Below, one piece after another: positions 14,463 to 24,000 of a stretch of 24,000 bases of DNA (the first letter of the stretch is position 1; each line of letters opens with the position of its first letter). This stretch comes from an uncultured Gemmatimonadales bacterium (GTDB taxonomy: Bacteria > Gemmatimonadota > Gemmatimonadetes > Longimicrobiales > Longimicrobiaceae). Location: the NCBI GenBank assembly GCA_963716255.1, contig OY970303.1:7767217-7791216 (forward strand), written 5' to 3'. The notes below the pieces were generated by a model. It was not told the origin of the DNA. It did no database searches and saw only the letters and a list, made by a program, of their open reading frames with translations. The position numbers were made by a program, and so were the translations under genes.

Positions 14463-15320
14463 TCACACCGCGCGCAGGTGGCGCCGCACCGCGATCGCGC
14501 TGGACAGGAAGCCGAAGGCGGCCCCCGCCAGCACCCCGGCGACCACCCAGGGGAAGGGGAGCCACTCGATGCGGAGCAGCACCCGGTCCACCACGCGGAA
14601 GGCGGCCCACGCCAGCCCCACCGCGAGCGCGCCTCCCAGCAGCCCAGCCACCAGCCCCTCCAGCAGGAAGGGGCGGCGCACGAAGCCGTCCGTGGCGCCC
14701 ACCAGGCGCATGATGGAGATCTCCTCGCGGCGCGCGAACACCGCGATCCGCACCGCCGTCGCGATGACGATGGCCGCCACCGCCGCGAACGCCCCGCCGA
14801 TGATCCCCGCCGCGCCCCCGGCGATCCGCCGCAGCGAGACGATCTTGTCCAGCCAGTCGCGCCCGAAGCGCACGTCCTCCACGAACGGGTACGCGGCCAG
14901 CCCCTTCGCCACCCGCTCCACCGAGGCCGGGTCGCGGGCCCCCGCCTTCAGCCTCAATTCCAGCGAGGCGGGGAGCGGGTTGGTTTCCAGGTCCGTGAAC
15001 ACGTCGCGGAACTCCTCCATCTCCTGCCGCGCCGTCGCCAGCGCCTCCGTCTTGGAAACGTAGCGCACCTCCCCCACCTCGGGGATCAGGCGGACCTCCT
15101 GCTGGAGGATGCGGAGCTGGTCGTCGGTGGCGTCGTCGCGCAGGTAGGCGACCACCTCCACCTTCTCCTCGATGCGGTCGATGGCGCGGCCGATGTTGTG
15201 GGCCGTCAGCCCGAACAGGGCGCCCACGAAAAGCGAGAACGCCACCGCCACCACCGACAGCAGGGTGAGCAGCGGGGTGCGCCGGAAGGCGGAAAGGGCT
15301 TCGCGCAGGGTGTACGGCAT
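14463..15320 (-). CDS. ftsX: Cell division permease-like protein FtsX
   Basis: 285-aa ORF with FtsX topology: an N-terminal TM segment, a periplasmic loop and three C-terminal TM segments. The start lies 1 nt after the ftsE stop. Confidence 0.9.
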   Translation of the reverse strand: MPYTLREALSAFRRTPLLTLLSVVAVAFSLFVGALFGLTAHNIGRAIDRIEEKVEVVAYLRDDATDDQLRILQQEVRLIPEVGEVRYVSKTEALATARQEMEEFRDVFTDLETNPLPASLELRLKAGARDPASVERVAKGLAAYPFVEDVRFGRDWLDKIVSLRRIAGGAAGIIGGAFAAVAAIVIATAVRIAVFARREEISIMRLVGATDGFVRRPFLLEGLVAGLLGGALAVGLAWAAFRVVDRVLLRIEWLPFPWVVAGVLAGAAFGFLSSAIAVRRHLRAV

Positions 15321-15321
15321 G

Positions 15322-16014
15322 CTAGAAAGTCTGCTCCGGCGCGGGGGCCGCCGCCGAGTCGAAGACCACCTCGCCGTGGCTCAGCTCGATGGTCCGGTAC
15401 TCCGGGTGGGCCCGCACCAGCTCCAGGTCGTGGGTCGCCATCAGCACCGTCATCCCCATGGTGTTGATCTCGCGGAACAGGTCGAACACCCCGCGCGCCG
15501 CCCAGGCGTCCAGGTTCCCCGTGGGCTCGTCCGCGAGCAGCACCACCGGGTCGTTGGCCAGCGCCCGGGCGATCGCCACCCGCTGACGCTCGCCGCCGGA
15601 AAGCTCGTCCGGGAGCGCGCGCGCCTTCGCCGCGAGCCCCACCTGCGCCAGCAGCTTGTTGACCCGCGCGGGGATCGCCTGCCGCTTCGCCCCGGTCACC
15701 TCCAGCGCGAAGGCCACGTTGTCCTCGGCGCTGCGGTCGCGGAGCAGACGGAAGTCCTGGAAGACCACGCCCAGCTTGCGGCGCAGCCTGGGAATCTCGC
15801 GCTGGCGGACGCTGGTGGACGAGAAGCCGGAGACGCGCACCTCGCCGGAGGTGGGGCGCTCCGCCATGAGCAGCAGGCGCAGGATGGTCGACTTCCCGGC
15901 GCCGGAATGGCCGGTCAGGAAGGCGAACTCGCCCTTGCGGAGGTGGAAGGAAACGTCCTTGAGGGCCGCGCCGGAGCGCGGGTATTCCTTGCGGACGTCG
16001 AGGAGTCGGATCAC
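15322..16014 (-). CDS. ftsE: Cell division ATP-binding protein FtsE
   Basis: 230-aa ORF with Walker A (GHSGAGKST), the ABC signature (LSGGERQRVAIARAL) and Walker B (VLLADEPTGNLD). Confidence 0.94.
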   Translation of the reverse strand: MIRLLDVRKEYPRSGAALKDVSFHLRKGEFAFLTGHSGAGKSTILRLLLMAERPTSGEVRVSGFSSTSVRQREIPRLRRKLGVVFQDFRLLRDRSAEDNVAFALEVTGAKRQAIPARVNKLLAQVGLAAKARALPDELSGGERQRVAIARALANDPVVLLADEPTGNLDAWAARGVFDLFREINTMGMTVLMATHDLELVRAHPEYRTIELSHGEVVFDSAAAPAPEQTF

Positions 16015-16058
16015 GGAGCGGGGTCCTTCGGGAAGGGATCTGGCGACGGCGGCGAAAG

Positions 16059-17000
16059 CTATCCCCGCCGCCCCCCGGTGTCAAAGCGGCCGGCGAGGCG
16101 CACGGCCAGGAGGACAGCCTCCTTCATGGACGAGGCGTCCGCGATCCCCCGCCCGGCGATGTCCAGGGCGGTGCCGTGGTCCGGCGAGGTGCGGGGGAAG
16201 GGAAGGCCCAGGGTGACGTTGACGCCGCTCCCGAAGGCCGCCGTCTTGAACGCGGCCATCCCCACGTCGTGGTAGGGGGCGACCACCGCGTCGAACTCGC
16301 CGCGCACGGCGCGGGTGAAAACGGTGTCCGCGGGGATGGGGCCGGAGGCGGCGATCCCCGCCGCGCGCAGCGCCTCCAGCGCCGGCGCGACGATGCGCGC
16401 CTCCTCGTCGCCGAAGAGGCCGCCGTCGGAGGCGTGCGGGTTCACGGCGCACAGCGCGATGCGCGGCTCCGCGATCCCCCACTGGCCGCGCAGCGCGGCG
16501 TGCACCAGCCGCGCCTGGCGCACCAGGAGCTCCGCCGAGAGCGCCGCGGGGACGTCGCGCAGCGCCAGGTGCGTGGTGGCCAGCACCACGCGCAGAGGGC
16601 CGCCCAGCGCGGTGCGCTCGGCGGCCATCATCATCGCCACGTCCGGCACGCCGGACAGCGCGTGCAGCATCTCGGTGTGGCCGGGGAAGCGCCACCCCCC
16701 GGCGTGGAAGGCGGCCTTGTCGAGCGGGGCGGTCACCAGCGCGTCCACCTCGCCGGCCAGCGCCAGCTCCGTCGCGCGCCGCACCGCCTCCCCGGCGATC
16801 CGCCCCGCCGCCGCGGCCCCGTCCTCCGGGGCCCAGCGGCCCACGGACACGGCGCTCCCCGGCCCGTCCCACCCCTCCGCCCCCACCACGGTCCACTCCG
16901 CCAGGGCGGCGATCTCCGGGTCGTCCAGCGCTCCGCGCGTCACCTCCGGGCCGATTCCGCGCGGGTCGCCCAGGGTGACGGCGATCCGCGGGCGGCTCAC
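16059..17000 (-). CDS. pdxA: 4-hydroxythreonine-4-phosphate dehydrogenase PdxA
   Basis: The 313-aa product runs from a GTG at 17000 that overlaps the upstream S4 gene stop (GTGA). PdxA motifs are present (IAVTLGDPRGIGPEV, FPGHTEML, NPHASDGGLFGDEE, YHDVGMAAFK, RTSPDHGTA). The longer ORF to 17201 overlaps the S4 gene out of frame, so it was rejected. Confidence 0.9.
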   Translation of the reverse strand: MSRPRIAVTLGDPRGIGPEVTRGALDDPEIAALAEWTVVGAEGWDGPGSAVSVGRWAPEDGAAAAGRIAGEAVRRATELALAGEVDALVTAPLDKAAFHAGGWRFPGHTEMLHALSGVPDVAMMMAAERTALGGPLRVVLATTHLALRDVPAALSAELLVRQARLVHAALRGQWGIAEPRIALCAVNPHASDGGLFGDEEARIVAPALEALRAAGIAASGPIPADTVFTRAVRGEFDAVVAPYHDVGMAAFKTAAFGSGVNVTLGLPFPRTSPDHGTALDIAGRGIADASSMKEAVLLAVRLAGRFDTGGRRG

Positions 17001-17278
17001 CAGCGCTCCTCGGTGCGCTCCTCGCGGAGCACCCGGTACAGCTCCTTCGCCGCCTTCCTGGACACGCTCTTCCCCGGAAGCTCCAGCAGCTCCATCTCCA
17101 GCGTCCGGGCCGGCCAGCGCACCTCCACGCGCGCGCCGGGGAGCACGGCGTCGGCGGCGCGGGCCTTTTTCCCGTTCAGCGACACCGCCCCCGCGTCGCA
17201 CGCCGACTTTGCCTCGTTGCGGCTGCGCGTCAGGCAGAGCCGGTGCAGCAGCACGTCGATGCGGAGCCCGTCGGCCAT
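16997..17278 (-). CDS. S4-domain RNA-binding protein (Hsp15/HslR-like)
   Basis: 93-aa ORF with an S4 motif pattern (RIDVLLHRLCLTRSRNEAKSACDAGAVSLNGKKA). The start lies 1 nt after the surA-like stop. Confidence 0.78.
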   Translation of the reverse strand: MADGLRIDVLLHRLCLTRSRNEAKSACDAGAVSLNGKKARAADAVLPGARVEVRWPARTLEMELLELPGKSVSRKAAKELYRVLREERTEERW

Positions 17279-17279
17279 G

Positions 17280-18590
17280 TCAGAGGTTGATGCGCACGTA
17301 GGTCGTGCGCAGCAGCTCCTCCAGCACCTGCTGCTGGATCTTCTGCTGCTGGACGGATTCGCGCACCTGCTCGCGGAACTCTTCCAGCGTGTACTCGCCG
17401 GCCTCGCGCCGCTCGTTGACCTTGATCACCCCCCAGCCGATGCCGTGGGTCCCGCCCTCCAGCTGCACGGGGCCCAGCACCGAGCCCGCAGCGGCGCCCT
17501 GCATCAGCGGCTGGTACTCCGGGGGAAGCCGGTCCAGCGGCACGTCCTCCGCGAAGCGCCGGTCGGCGGGGGTGTCGTAGCGCTCGGCCAGCGCGTTCAT
17601 GTCCGCCCCGGCGCGCGCGGCCGCGAGCACCGAGTCGGCGCGGACGCGGGAGCGGGCGCGGTCGGCGTCGTCCACCTCCGGGCGGATCAGGATGTGGCGG
17701 GCCTGGCGCTCGCCCGCGCGGGCCTTTTCCAGCTTGATGATGTGGAAGCCGAACGCCGTTTCCACGATCCCGCTCACGTCGCCCGGGCGCATGGCGAAGG
17801 CCACCTGCTCGAAGGGGCGGACCATCTGCCCCTGCTTGAACCACCCCAGGTCGCCGCCGCGCTCCTTGGAGCCGGGATCGTCCGAGAAGCGGCGCGCCAG
17901 CACCTCGAAGTCGCCGCCCTTGCGCAGCTCCTCCACCACCTGCTCGGCCTCGCGGCGCGCCGCGGCCTTCGCCGAGTCGCTGGGCGCCGGCTCCACGACC
18001 ACCTGCTCGAACGAGACCGTGGCCGGACGGGTGCCCAGCTGCGCGCGCTGCGACTCGAACGCGGCCTGGATCTCGGCGTCGGTGACCACCGGGCGCACCG
18101 CGTTCCCCACCCGCTGCGAGATGAAGCGGGCCACCATCATCCGCGAGCGGGTCTGCTCCAGCCGCCTGGCGCGGAACTCGGGCAGGGTGAGCCCGGACTG
18201 GGCCAGCGCCGCGTTGAACTCCGCCTCCGAGGGGAAGCGGCCGCGGATCTCGCGGATCTCCTGGTCCACGGTGCGCTCCACCTCGTCGTCGCCCACGGTG
18301 ACCCCGGCGAGCCTGGCGGCGTTCAGGGCGACCAGGTCGTTGACGCGGGTCTGCACGATCTGGCGCACCATCGTGGCCTGGCCCTCCGCGTCGGCGGGGA
18401 GCTGGCGACCGGCGGCGCGCAGCTGCGCGACCTCCTCCTGCACGTCGGAAAGGAGGAGGGCGGTGTCGCCCACCACGGCCACCACGCGGTCCACCAGCTC
18501 CTCCCCCTGCTGCGGGGCGGGAGCCTGGGTCTGCGCGGCGAGCGCCAAGGGCGCGGCGGCGAGGAGTGCGAACGCGGTACGGATGCGCAT
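17280..18590 (-). CDS. surA: SurA-like periplasmic chaperone / parvulin peptidyl-prolyl isomerase
   Basis: The 436-aa product runs from the ATG at 18590. It has a signal peptide ([20 protein letters not shown]), a SurA-like N-terminal domain and a parvulin domain (FSDDPGSKERGGDLGWFKQGQMVRPFEQVAF, GFHIIKLE). It lies upstream of pdxA, as in the classic surA-pdxA linkage. Confidence 0.85.
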   Translation of the reverse strand: MRIRTAFALLAAAPLALAAQTQAPAPQQGEELVDRVVAVVGDTALLLSDVQEEVAQLRAAGRQLPADAEGQATMVRQIVQTRVNDLVALNAARLAGVTVGDDEVERTVDQEIREIRGRFPSEAEFNAALAQSGLTLPEFRARRLEQTRSRMMVARFISQRVGNAVRPVVTDAEIQAAFESQRAQLGTRPATVSFEQVVVEPAPSDSAKAAARREAEQVVEELRKGGDFEVLARRFSDDPGSKERGGDLGWFKQGQMVRPFEQVAFAMRPGDVSGIVETAFGFHIIKLEKARAGERQARHILIRPEVDDADRARSRVRADSVLAAARAGADMNALAERYDTPADRRFAEDVPLDRLPPEYQPLMQGAAAGSVLGPVQLEGGTHGIGWGVIKVNERREAGEYTLEEFREQVRESVQQQKIQQQVLEELLRTTYVRINL

Positions 18591-18660
18591 GACGGGTCGG
18601 GTGGGTCGTGGGCTGCGGCGGACGCGCCGCCGGTCGGGTGCGGCTCCGGGGAACGGACGC

Positions 18661-18745
18661 CGCGGGGCCACGGAGTGCGACTGCGCGCCCGTGGCCCCGC
18701 GGTTCATACGCCCTTCCGGGGCGCGGAGTTCCGCGCCCCGGAAGG
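18661..18745 (-). terminator. Two strong GC hairpins between the PPIase genes (possible factor-independent terminator or processing site)
   Basis: One is a perfect 16-bp inverted repeat, CCTTCCGGGGCGCGGA-GT-TCCGCGCCCCGGAAGG (18712-18745), 10 nt downstream of the stop at 18755. The other is a perfect 13-bp stem, CGCGGGGCCACGG...CCGTGGCCCCGCG (18661-18701). Neither has a U-tract. Confidence 0.45.
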
Positions 18746-18754
18746 AAAGGACGG

Positions 18755-20260
18755 CTACTGCGGCGCGCCGGGCTGCTGCCCGGGCTGCTGCTGGGGCTGC
18801 GCGGGCATCGCCTCCGGCTGCCCGGGCATGGGCATCGGCACCTGCTGGCCGGGGGCCGGCACGGCGCCGCCGGCGGGCGGGGCGCCGGGCATGGAGGAGC
18901 GGATGGTCTGCATCTGCTTCACCACCTCGGGGAAGGTCCCCTCGTTGACCTCGAAGTCGAACGCGCTGCGCAGCGCCGGGCTGAGCGGCCCCAGCTGCGG
19001 CACCTGCCGCGTCTGGCTGATGGCGCCCTCGATCAGCTCGCGGACGCGCGTCTCGATCACCGTGTTGGCGCCGGAGCCGCGCGGCAGACGGTTGAAGCCG
19101 GCCATGCGCACCATCTCGGAGATGGCCTGGCGGGTGCCGCGCCGGATGGTGTCCAGCTGCGCCGGGGAGGCGGTGATCTTGAGGCGCTCCGCCTGGTTGA
19201 GCAGGAGCTCCCGGTTGGTCATCTGCTCCACCAGGGCGTTGACCTGCTCGTCGGTGGCCTGCCCGAAGCTGCCGCGGGCCTGCGCCGGGAGGGTGCGCAG
19301 GAACTGCGCGAACTCGCCGGTGGTCAGCTCGCCGCCCTTGTACGAGGCCATGGTCCGCGACGCGGCGCGGCCCTTGAGCTCCAGGTTGTCCTGCTCCGCC
19401 AGCTCGCGCGCGATCTTGGCGGCGCCGGGCGCCACCTCCACGCCCGCGGCCTTGGTCAGCGAGTCCACGAAGGACTTCTCGGCGTCCTGCTGGGCCTTCT
19501 GCACCAGGAAGCGGGTGAAGTCCGCGCGCTGCTCGCCCATCTCGGTCTGCCGGCGGTCCTCCAGGCGGATGACGTGGTAGCCGAACGGCGTCTCCACCAC
19601 CGGGCTGATCTGGCCGGGCTGCAGCTTGAAGGCGGCCTCCTCGAAGGGAGCCACCATCCGCCCGCGCCCGAAGTAGCCCAGGTCGCCGCCCTGCACCTTG
19701 CTCCCCGGGTCCTCCGAGTAGCGGCCGGCCAGCGCGGCGAAGTCGGCGCCGCCGGCGGCCTGCGCGCGGACGGCCTCCGCCTGGCGGCGCACGCTGTCGC
19801 GCTGCGTGGGGGTGGCCTCGGCGGGCACCTGGAAGAGGATGTGGCGCGCGCGGATCTCGGCGCCGGGGCCCTCGGAAGCCCACTTCTGCTGGATCTCGGC
19901 CTCGGTGAAGACGGTGTCGGGGCGGATCACCTGGTCGCGCAGGCGCGCCATCACGATCTGGTCGCGCTGCGGGGCGAGGAGCTCGTCCATGTTGATCACG
20001 GCGAGCGTGGTGTCCTCGGCGGCGGCGGTGGCCAGCAGGGTGTAGTCCACCCACATGTTCGCCAGCTCCTGCACCACCTCGGGGGTGGCGGGGATCTGCG
20101 GGTTCGCCGCGAGCATGCGGGCGGCGTCCGCCACCTTCAGCTCCTTGCCTCCGGCCTTGGCGACAACGTCGGTGTGCGAGGTCATGGCCTTGCCGAAGCT
20201 GCCGCATCCCCCGGCGAGAAGGGGGGCGGCGGCCAGCAGGGCCCAGCGGGACAGCTTCAT
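18755..20260 (-). CDS. Parvulin-type peptidyl-prolyl isomerase, probable lipoprotein, with Pro/Gln/Met-rich C-terminal tail
   Basis: 501-aa ORF with a signal peptide carrying Cys ([14 protein letters not shown]) and a parvulin domain ([39 protein letters not shown]). It has a low-complexity tail ([27 protein letters not shown]). Confidence 0.85.
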   Translation of the reverse strand: MKLSRWALLAAAPLLAGGCGSFGKAMTSHTDVVAKAGGKELKVADAARMLAANPQIPATPEVVQELANMWVDYTLLATAAAEDTTLAVINMDELLAPQRDQIVMARLRDQVIRPDTVFTEAEIQQKWASEGPGAEIRARHILFQVPAEATPTQRDSVRRQAEAVRAQAAGGADFAALAGRYSEDPGSKVQGGDLGYFGRGRMVAPFEEAAFKLQPGQISPVVETPFGYHVIRLEDRRQTEMGEQRADFTRFLVQKAQQDAEKSFVDSLTKAAGVEVAPGAAKIARELAEQDNLELKGRAASRTMASYKGGELTTGEFAQFLRTLPAQARGSFGQATDEQVNALVEQMTNRELLLNQAERLKITASPAQLDTIRRGTRQAISEMVRMAGFNRLPRGSGANTVIETRVRELIEGAISQTRQVPQLGPLSPALRSAFDFEVNEGTFPEVVKQMQTIRSSMPGAPPAGGAVPAPGQQVPMPMPGQPEAMPAQPQQQPGQQPGAPQ

Positions 20261-20327
20261 GCGAATCTCCAGCGACGGGTGATTGGTTGAACGGCCTGAA
20301 AGACGATCGGGTGGAGCGTGGTGCGTC

Positions 20328-23300
20328 CTACACGTTGGCGGCCTTTTCCTGCTCCAGCTGGCGGAGCGATTCCACCAGGGTGGACAGGATGGGCTCGGTG
20401 CCGCGGCGGTGCAGGGTGAGGGAGAGCGGGATCGGGCGGCGCACCTCCACCTCGAACTGCCGGGCGGCGAGGACCCGCTGCAGCACCACCATGCGGGGGA
20501 CCACCCCCTTGCGGAAGTTGAGGCGCACGTCCCAGGAGCGCACCAGCAGCCGCTCGATCCCCAGCGCGCCCCCCAGCAGGCGCAGCGCGGCGGTGGCGAG
20601 CAGCGCCTCCACCTCGGGCGGGATGGGGCCGTAGCGGTCGCGCAGCTCCCTGCGGAGCGCTTCGATCTGCTGGGGGCTCTCCTCGCGCGCCAGCCGCCGG
20701 TAGAAGTGGAGCTTCTGCGCCTCGTCGGGAACGTACTCGTCGGGGATCAGCGCCACGCCGTCCACCGACACGTCGGTGGCCTGCCGCGAGGGCGCGCCGC
20801 CGTCGCCCTTCATCTGCCGGACGGTCTCCTCCAGCAGGCGCATGTAGGTGTCGAAGCCCACCGCGTGCACGAAGCCGGACTGCTCGGAGCCGAGGATGTT
20901 ACCCGCGCCGCGCAGCTCCAGGTCCTTGAGGGCGATGCGGTAGCCGCTCCCCAGCTCCGTGTAGTGCTCCAGCACCCGCAGCCGCTTCTCCGCCTCCTCC
21001 GACACCTCGTCCGGCACCAGCAGGTAGCAGTAGGCGCGGTGGTGGCTGCGGCCCACGCGCCCGCGGATCTGGTACAGCTGCGACAGGCCGAAGTGGTCCG
21101 CGCGGTTGACGATCAGGGTGTTGGCGCGGGGCACGTCCAGCCCCGACTCGATGATGGCCGTGGCGCAGAGGATCTCCACCTCCCCTTCCAGGAAGCGGGT
21201 CATCACCTCCTCCAGCTCCTTTTCCTTCATCTGCCCGTGCGCCACCCCCACCCGGGCGTCCGGCACCAGGTCCGCGACCCGCTTCGCCACCACGGGGATG
21301 GTCTCCACCCGGTTGTGGACGAAGAACACCTGTCCGCCGCGGTCCAGCTCGCGCCGGATGGCGTCCTCCAGCACCGCGTCCGCCCACGGGAGGACGTGGG
21401 TGATGATGGGTTGCCGGTCGCGCGGAGGCGTCTGGATCAGCGTCATGTCCCGCAGCCCGAGCAGCGAGAAGTGCAGCGTGCGCGGGATGGGGGTGGCGGT
21501 GAGCGTCAGCACGTCCACCGTGCGCCGCAGCTGCTTGAGCCGTTCCTTGTGCTTGACCCCGAAGCGCTGCTCCTCGTCCACCACGATCAGCCCCAGCTCG
21601 TGGAACTTGACGTCGCCGGAAAGCAGGCGGTGAGTGCCCACGATGATGTCCACCTCGCCCCGCTCCAGCCGCTCCAGCGCGACCGCCTGCTCCTTCGCCG
21701 TGCGGAAGCGGGACAGGGCTTCGATCCGCACCGGGAAGTCGGCCAGGCGCTCGGCGAAGGTGTGCAGGTGCTGCTCGGCGAGGATGGTGGTGGGGACCAG
21801 CACCGCCACCTGCCTGCCGTCCTGCACCGCCTTGAAGGCCGCGCGGATGGCGATCTCGGTCTTGCCGTACCCCACGTCGCCGCAGATCAGCCGGTCCATG
21901 GGACGCGCGGACTCCATGTCGCGCTTGACGTCCTCGGTGGCCTGCCGCTGGTCCGGCGTGTCCTCGAACAGGAAGGCCGACTCCATCTCGCGCTGCCAGC
22001 GGGTGTCCGCGGCAAAGGCGTATCCTTTCTCGGCCTCGCGGGCGGCGTACAGCTCCAGGAGCTCCGCCGTCATCTCCGCGATCGCCTTTTTCGTCTTCTG
22101 CTTGGTGCGCGTCCACTCCTTGCCGCCGATCTTGTGGACCCGCGGCGGAGGCCCCTCGTCGTTGTCCGAGACCCAGCGCTCGATCAGGTCCACGCGGTGC
22201 ACGGGAACGCGCAGCAATTCCCCGCCGGCGTACTCGATCACCAGCGTCTCGAACTCCTCCTCGCCGACGCGCACGCGCTCCATCCGGCGGAACTGCCCCA
22301 CGCCGTGGTCCATGTGGACCACGTACTCCCCCGGCTTGAGCGCCGAGATGCTTTCCAGCGCCGCGCCCCCCCGGAAGCGCCGCTTGCGCCGGATGCGGCG
22401 GGTGCGGCGGAAGATCTCGTGGTCGGTGAGGACCCGCAGCGGCGGGTCGGCGTCGGCCAGGATGAAGCCGCCGCTGACGGAGCCCAGCGCCAGGGTGACG
22501 TCGGACCGGACGCGCAGCTCGTCCAGCAGCTCCTGCAGGCGCTCCAGCTGGCCCTGGTTGTCGCACAGCACCAGCGAGCGCTCGCCGCGGGCCGCGCCTG
22601 CGCGCAGTACCTCGCCCAGCCGCGCCATGTCGCGGTCGATGGCCTCCGGCGGGGCGGCGCGGAAGCGCAGCGCCCGCGCCGCCGCGGGCCCCTCGGCCAC
22701 GAACATCTGCGGAAAGGCGTCCAGCCGCGCGGCGGCGTCGTCCGCCGCGAGGAAGAGCGCCTCGGGGGGCTCGGGGCGGGCCCCGCGCTGCTCCTCGGCC
22801 AGGTGCAGGCGCTGCACCTCGGCCCAGGTGCGCTCCAGCTCCGCGTGCGTCGCCCCGGCGGTGAGGTGCACCAGCACCGTGTCCGGGGGAAGGTACTCCA
22901 GGAGCGAGCGCCGGGGGCCGGGGGCGTCGCCGGCCGGCGTGGCGCGCTGCCGCCCGTCCGCCGCGGAGGCCGGGCGCAGGTCCAGGGGGAGCACCTGGAT
23001 GGCGTCGACGGTGCGGACGGAAAGCTGGGAAAGCAGGTCGAAGTGGCGGATGGACTCCACCTGGTCGCCCCAGAACTCGATCCGCGCCGGCTCCGGCGTC
23101 CCGAAGCCGAACACGTCCACGATCCCCCCGCGGAGCGCGAACTGGCCCACCTCCTCCACGGTGGCCACGCGCTCGAACCCCATCTCCTCCAGCCGGGCGC
23201 TCAGGTCGGCGGGGCGGATCTCCTCGCCGGTCTTCAGCTCCAGCCGCAGGTCCTCCAGCCCCTCCACCGCCGGGGACAGCTCCTGCAGCGCGCGGGTGGT

Positions 23301-23669
23301 GGTCACCAGCAGCGCCGTGCGGCCGCCCAGCAGCGCCTCCAGCGCCTCCACGCGGGCCCCGCCGATCTCCACGTGCGGCTCTCCCTCCTCGTAGGGGAGG
23401 GATTCGCGCTGCGGGTAGAGCTGGACGGCGCCCTCGCCCAGGAGCGCCTCCAGGTCGCTGCTCACCTGCTCGGCGCCGTCCGGCGTGGAAGCCACCAGCA
23501 GCCAGATCCGCTCGGGGCGGGCGCGGTGCAGCGCCCCCACCAGCACGGCCGGGGACGCGCCGGCCAGCCCCTCCACGAGCACCGACTCTCCCGCGCGCGG
23601 GAGCCCGGATGCCAGCTCGCGGAACGCGGGGACGGAGCGGAACGCTTCGATCAGGAGCGGATGCGGCAC
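20328..23669 (-). CDS. mfd: Transcription-repair coupling factor Mfd
   Basis: 1113-aa ORF with a UvrB-homology N-terminus and an RNAP-interacting/CarD-like region ([14 protein letters not shown]). Superfamily 2 helicase motifs are present ([44 protein letters not shown]), followed by a TRG/C-terminal domain. Confidence 0.95.
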   Translation of the reverse strand: MPHPLLIEAFRSVPAFRELASGLPRAGESVLVEGLAGASPAVLVGALHRARPERIWLLVASTPDGAEQVSSDLEALLGEGAVQLYPQRESLPYEEGEPHVEIGGARVEALEALLGGRTALLVTTTRALQELSPAVEGLEDLRLELKTGEEIRPADLSARLEEMGFERVATVEEVGQFALRGGIVDVFGFGTPEPARIEFWGDQVESIRHFDLLSQLSVRTVDAIQVLPLDLRPASAADGRQRATPAGDAPGPRRSLLEYLPPDTVLVHLTAGATHAELERTWAEVQRLHLAEEQRGARPEPPEALFLAADDAAARLDAFPQMFVAEGPAAARALRFRAAPPEAIDRDMARLGEVLRAGAARGERSLVLCDNQGQLERLQELLDELRVRSDVTLALGSVSGGFILADADPPLRVLTDHEIFRRTRRIRRKRRFRGGAALESISALKPGEYVVHMDHGVGQFRRMERVRVGEEEFETLVIEYAGGELLRVPVHRVDLIERWVSDNDEGPPPRVHKIGGKEWTRTKQKTKKAIAEMTAELLELYAAREAEKGYAFAADTRWQREMESAFLFEDTPDQRQATEDVKRDMESARPMDRLICGDVGYGKTEIAIRAAFKAVQDGRQVAVLVPTTILAEQHLHTFAERLADFPVRIEALSRFRTAKEQAVALERLERGEVDIIVGTHRLLSGDVKFHELGLIVVDEEQRFGVKHKERLKQLRRTVDVLTLTATPIPRTLHFSLLGLRDMTLIQTPPRDRQPIITHVLPWADAVLEDAIRRELDRGGQVFFVHNRVETIPVVAKRVADLVPDARVGVAHGQMKEKELEEVMTRFLEGEVEILCATAIIESGLDVPRANTLIVNRADHFGLSQLYQIRGRVGRSHHRAYCYLLVPDEVSEEAEKRLRVLEHYTELGSGYRIALKDLELRGAGNILGSEQSGFVHAVGFDTYMRLLEETVRQMKGDGGAPSRQATDVSVDGVALIPDEYVPDEAQKLHFYRRLAREESPQQIEALRRELRDRYGPIPPEVEALLATAALRLLGGALGIERLLVRSWDVRLNFRKGVVPRMVVLQRVLAARQFEVEVRRPIPLSLTLHRRGTEPILSTLVESLRQLEQEKAANV

Positions 23670-24000
23670 GGCCTGCGGCGGGGGGAGGACGGGTGCGGGT
23701 CAGGCGCGGCGCGCCGCCACGGTTGATCTTGCGCCGCCGATCCGATACCATCCGGGAGGCGCGGTCGCACGGCGGCCCCGGAGCGCGCACGCCGCGCACG
23801 CCGGGGGACAAACGTCGCAAGCTAAGGGGACCCGGCACCGCGCGTCAACCGCCGGGCGTCCCGCGCCCGCCCGGTCCGGCGCCGCTCCCCGTCCGCCGCG
23901 CGGACACACGCTGTCCCCCGCGGGAGACGCCGCCGCGCGCGCCGCCGCCCCCCCGGCGGTCCAAGTCGTTTGCCGACAACGCTGTCTCCCGCGCCTCCCA

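Noticed and set aside
17280-20207. A 975-aa ORF read as a single giant PPIase gene.
   Set aside because: Upstream of the ATG at 18590 the frame is Arg/Pro/Gly-rich shadow sequence. It overlaps the well-supported 18755-20260 gene in another frame. The ATG at 18590 opens directly onto a canonical signal peptide.
23700-23909. A 69-aa ORF on the - strand upstream of mfd.
   Set aside because: It is a short, Arg/Ala/Gly-rich ORF with no ribosome-binding site or recognisable motif. This is consistent with chance in GC-rich DNA.
23901-23990. Short matches to the R1 tail (CACACGCTGT; GCCGCCCCC..GGC; GTCTCCC) upstream of mfd, suggesting a fourth repeat copy.
   Set aside because: The matches are only about 10 nt. 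Roughly nine chance 10-mer matches are expected between a 200-nt query and both strands of a 24-kb window, even before allowing for GC bias. No hairpin module or extended alignment is present.

Overview
This is a very GC-rich bacterial chromosomal window. I found no rRNA, tRNA, CRISPR array, transposase or integrase. Product calls come from motif recognition by eye, since no database search was possible.

(1) 1-7022, + strand: a translationally coupled chemosensory operon, cheW-cheR(TPR)-cheW-mcp-cheA::REC-cheB. The architecture is Wsp/ACF-like, with no stand-alone cheY and no output gene in view.

(2) 7.0-10.4 kb: a small accessory-looking segment with three genes. They are a thioredoxin-fold protein (-), a full-length bacterial eRF1/aRF1-like protein (+), and a 208-aa protein of unknown function (+). 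The eRF1-like protein is of the VLRF1/baeRF type, with GGYSQ in place of the GGQ loop and a CxxC...CxxC insert. The segment is bracketed by two direct copies of a ~200-nt multi-hairpin repeat (R1).

(3) 10.4-23.7 kb, - strand: a co-directional housekeeping and envelope block. It contains mfd, a parvulin lipoprotein, a surA-like gene, an S4/HslR-like gene, pdxA, ftsE, ftsX, an envC-like gene with a degenerate LytM domain, holB, moaC and a membrane-anchored SLT transglycosylase.

The most unusual signal is non-coding. Three intergenic regions (7023-7469, 10078-10443, 12831-13155) are mosaics of related hairpin modules. These are R1, R2, and a GAGC-stem-AAACNNCC-stem-TCTC module seen five times. 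Copy-to-copy differences in their stems are compensatory, and one R1 copy carries a nested inverted insertion. I do not recognise these elements as any known RNA or repeat family.
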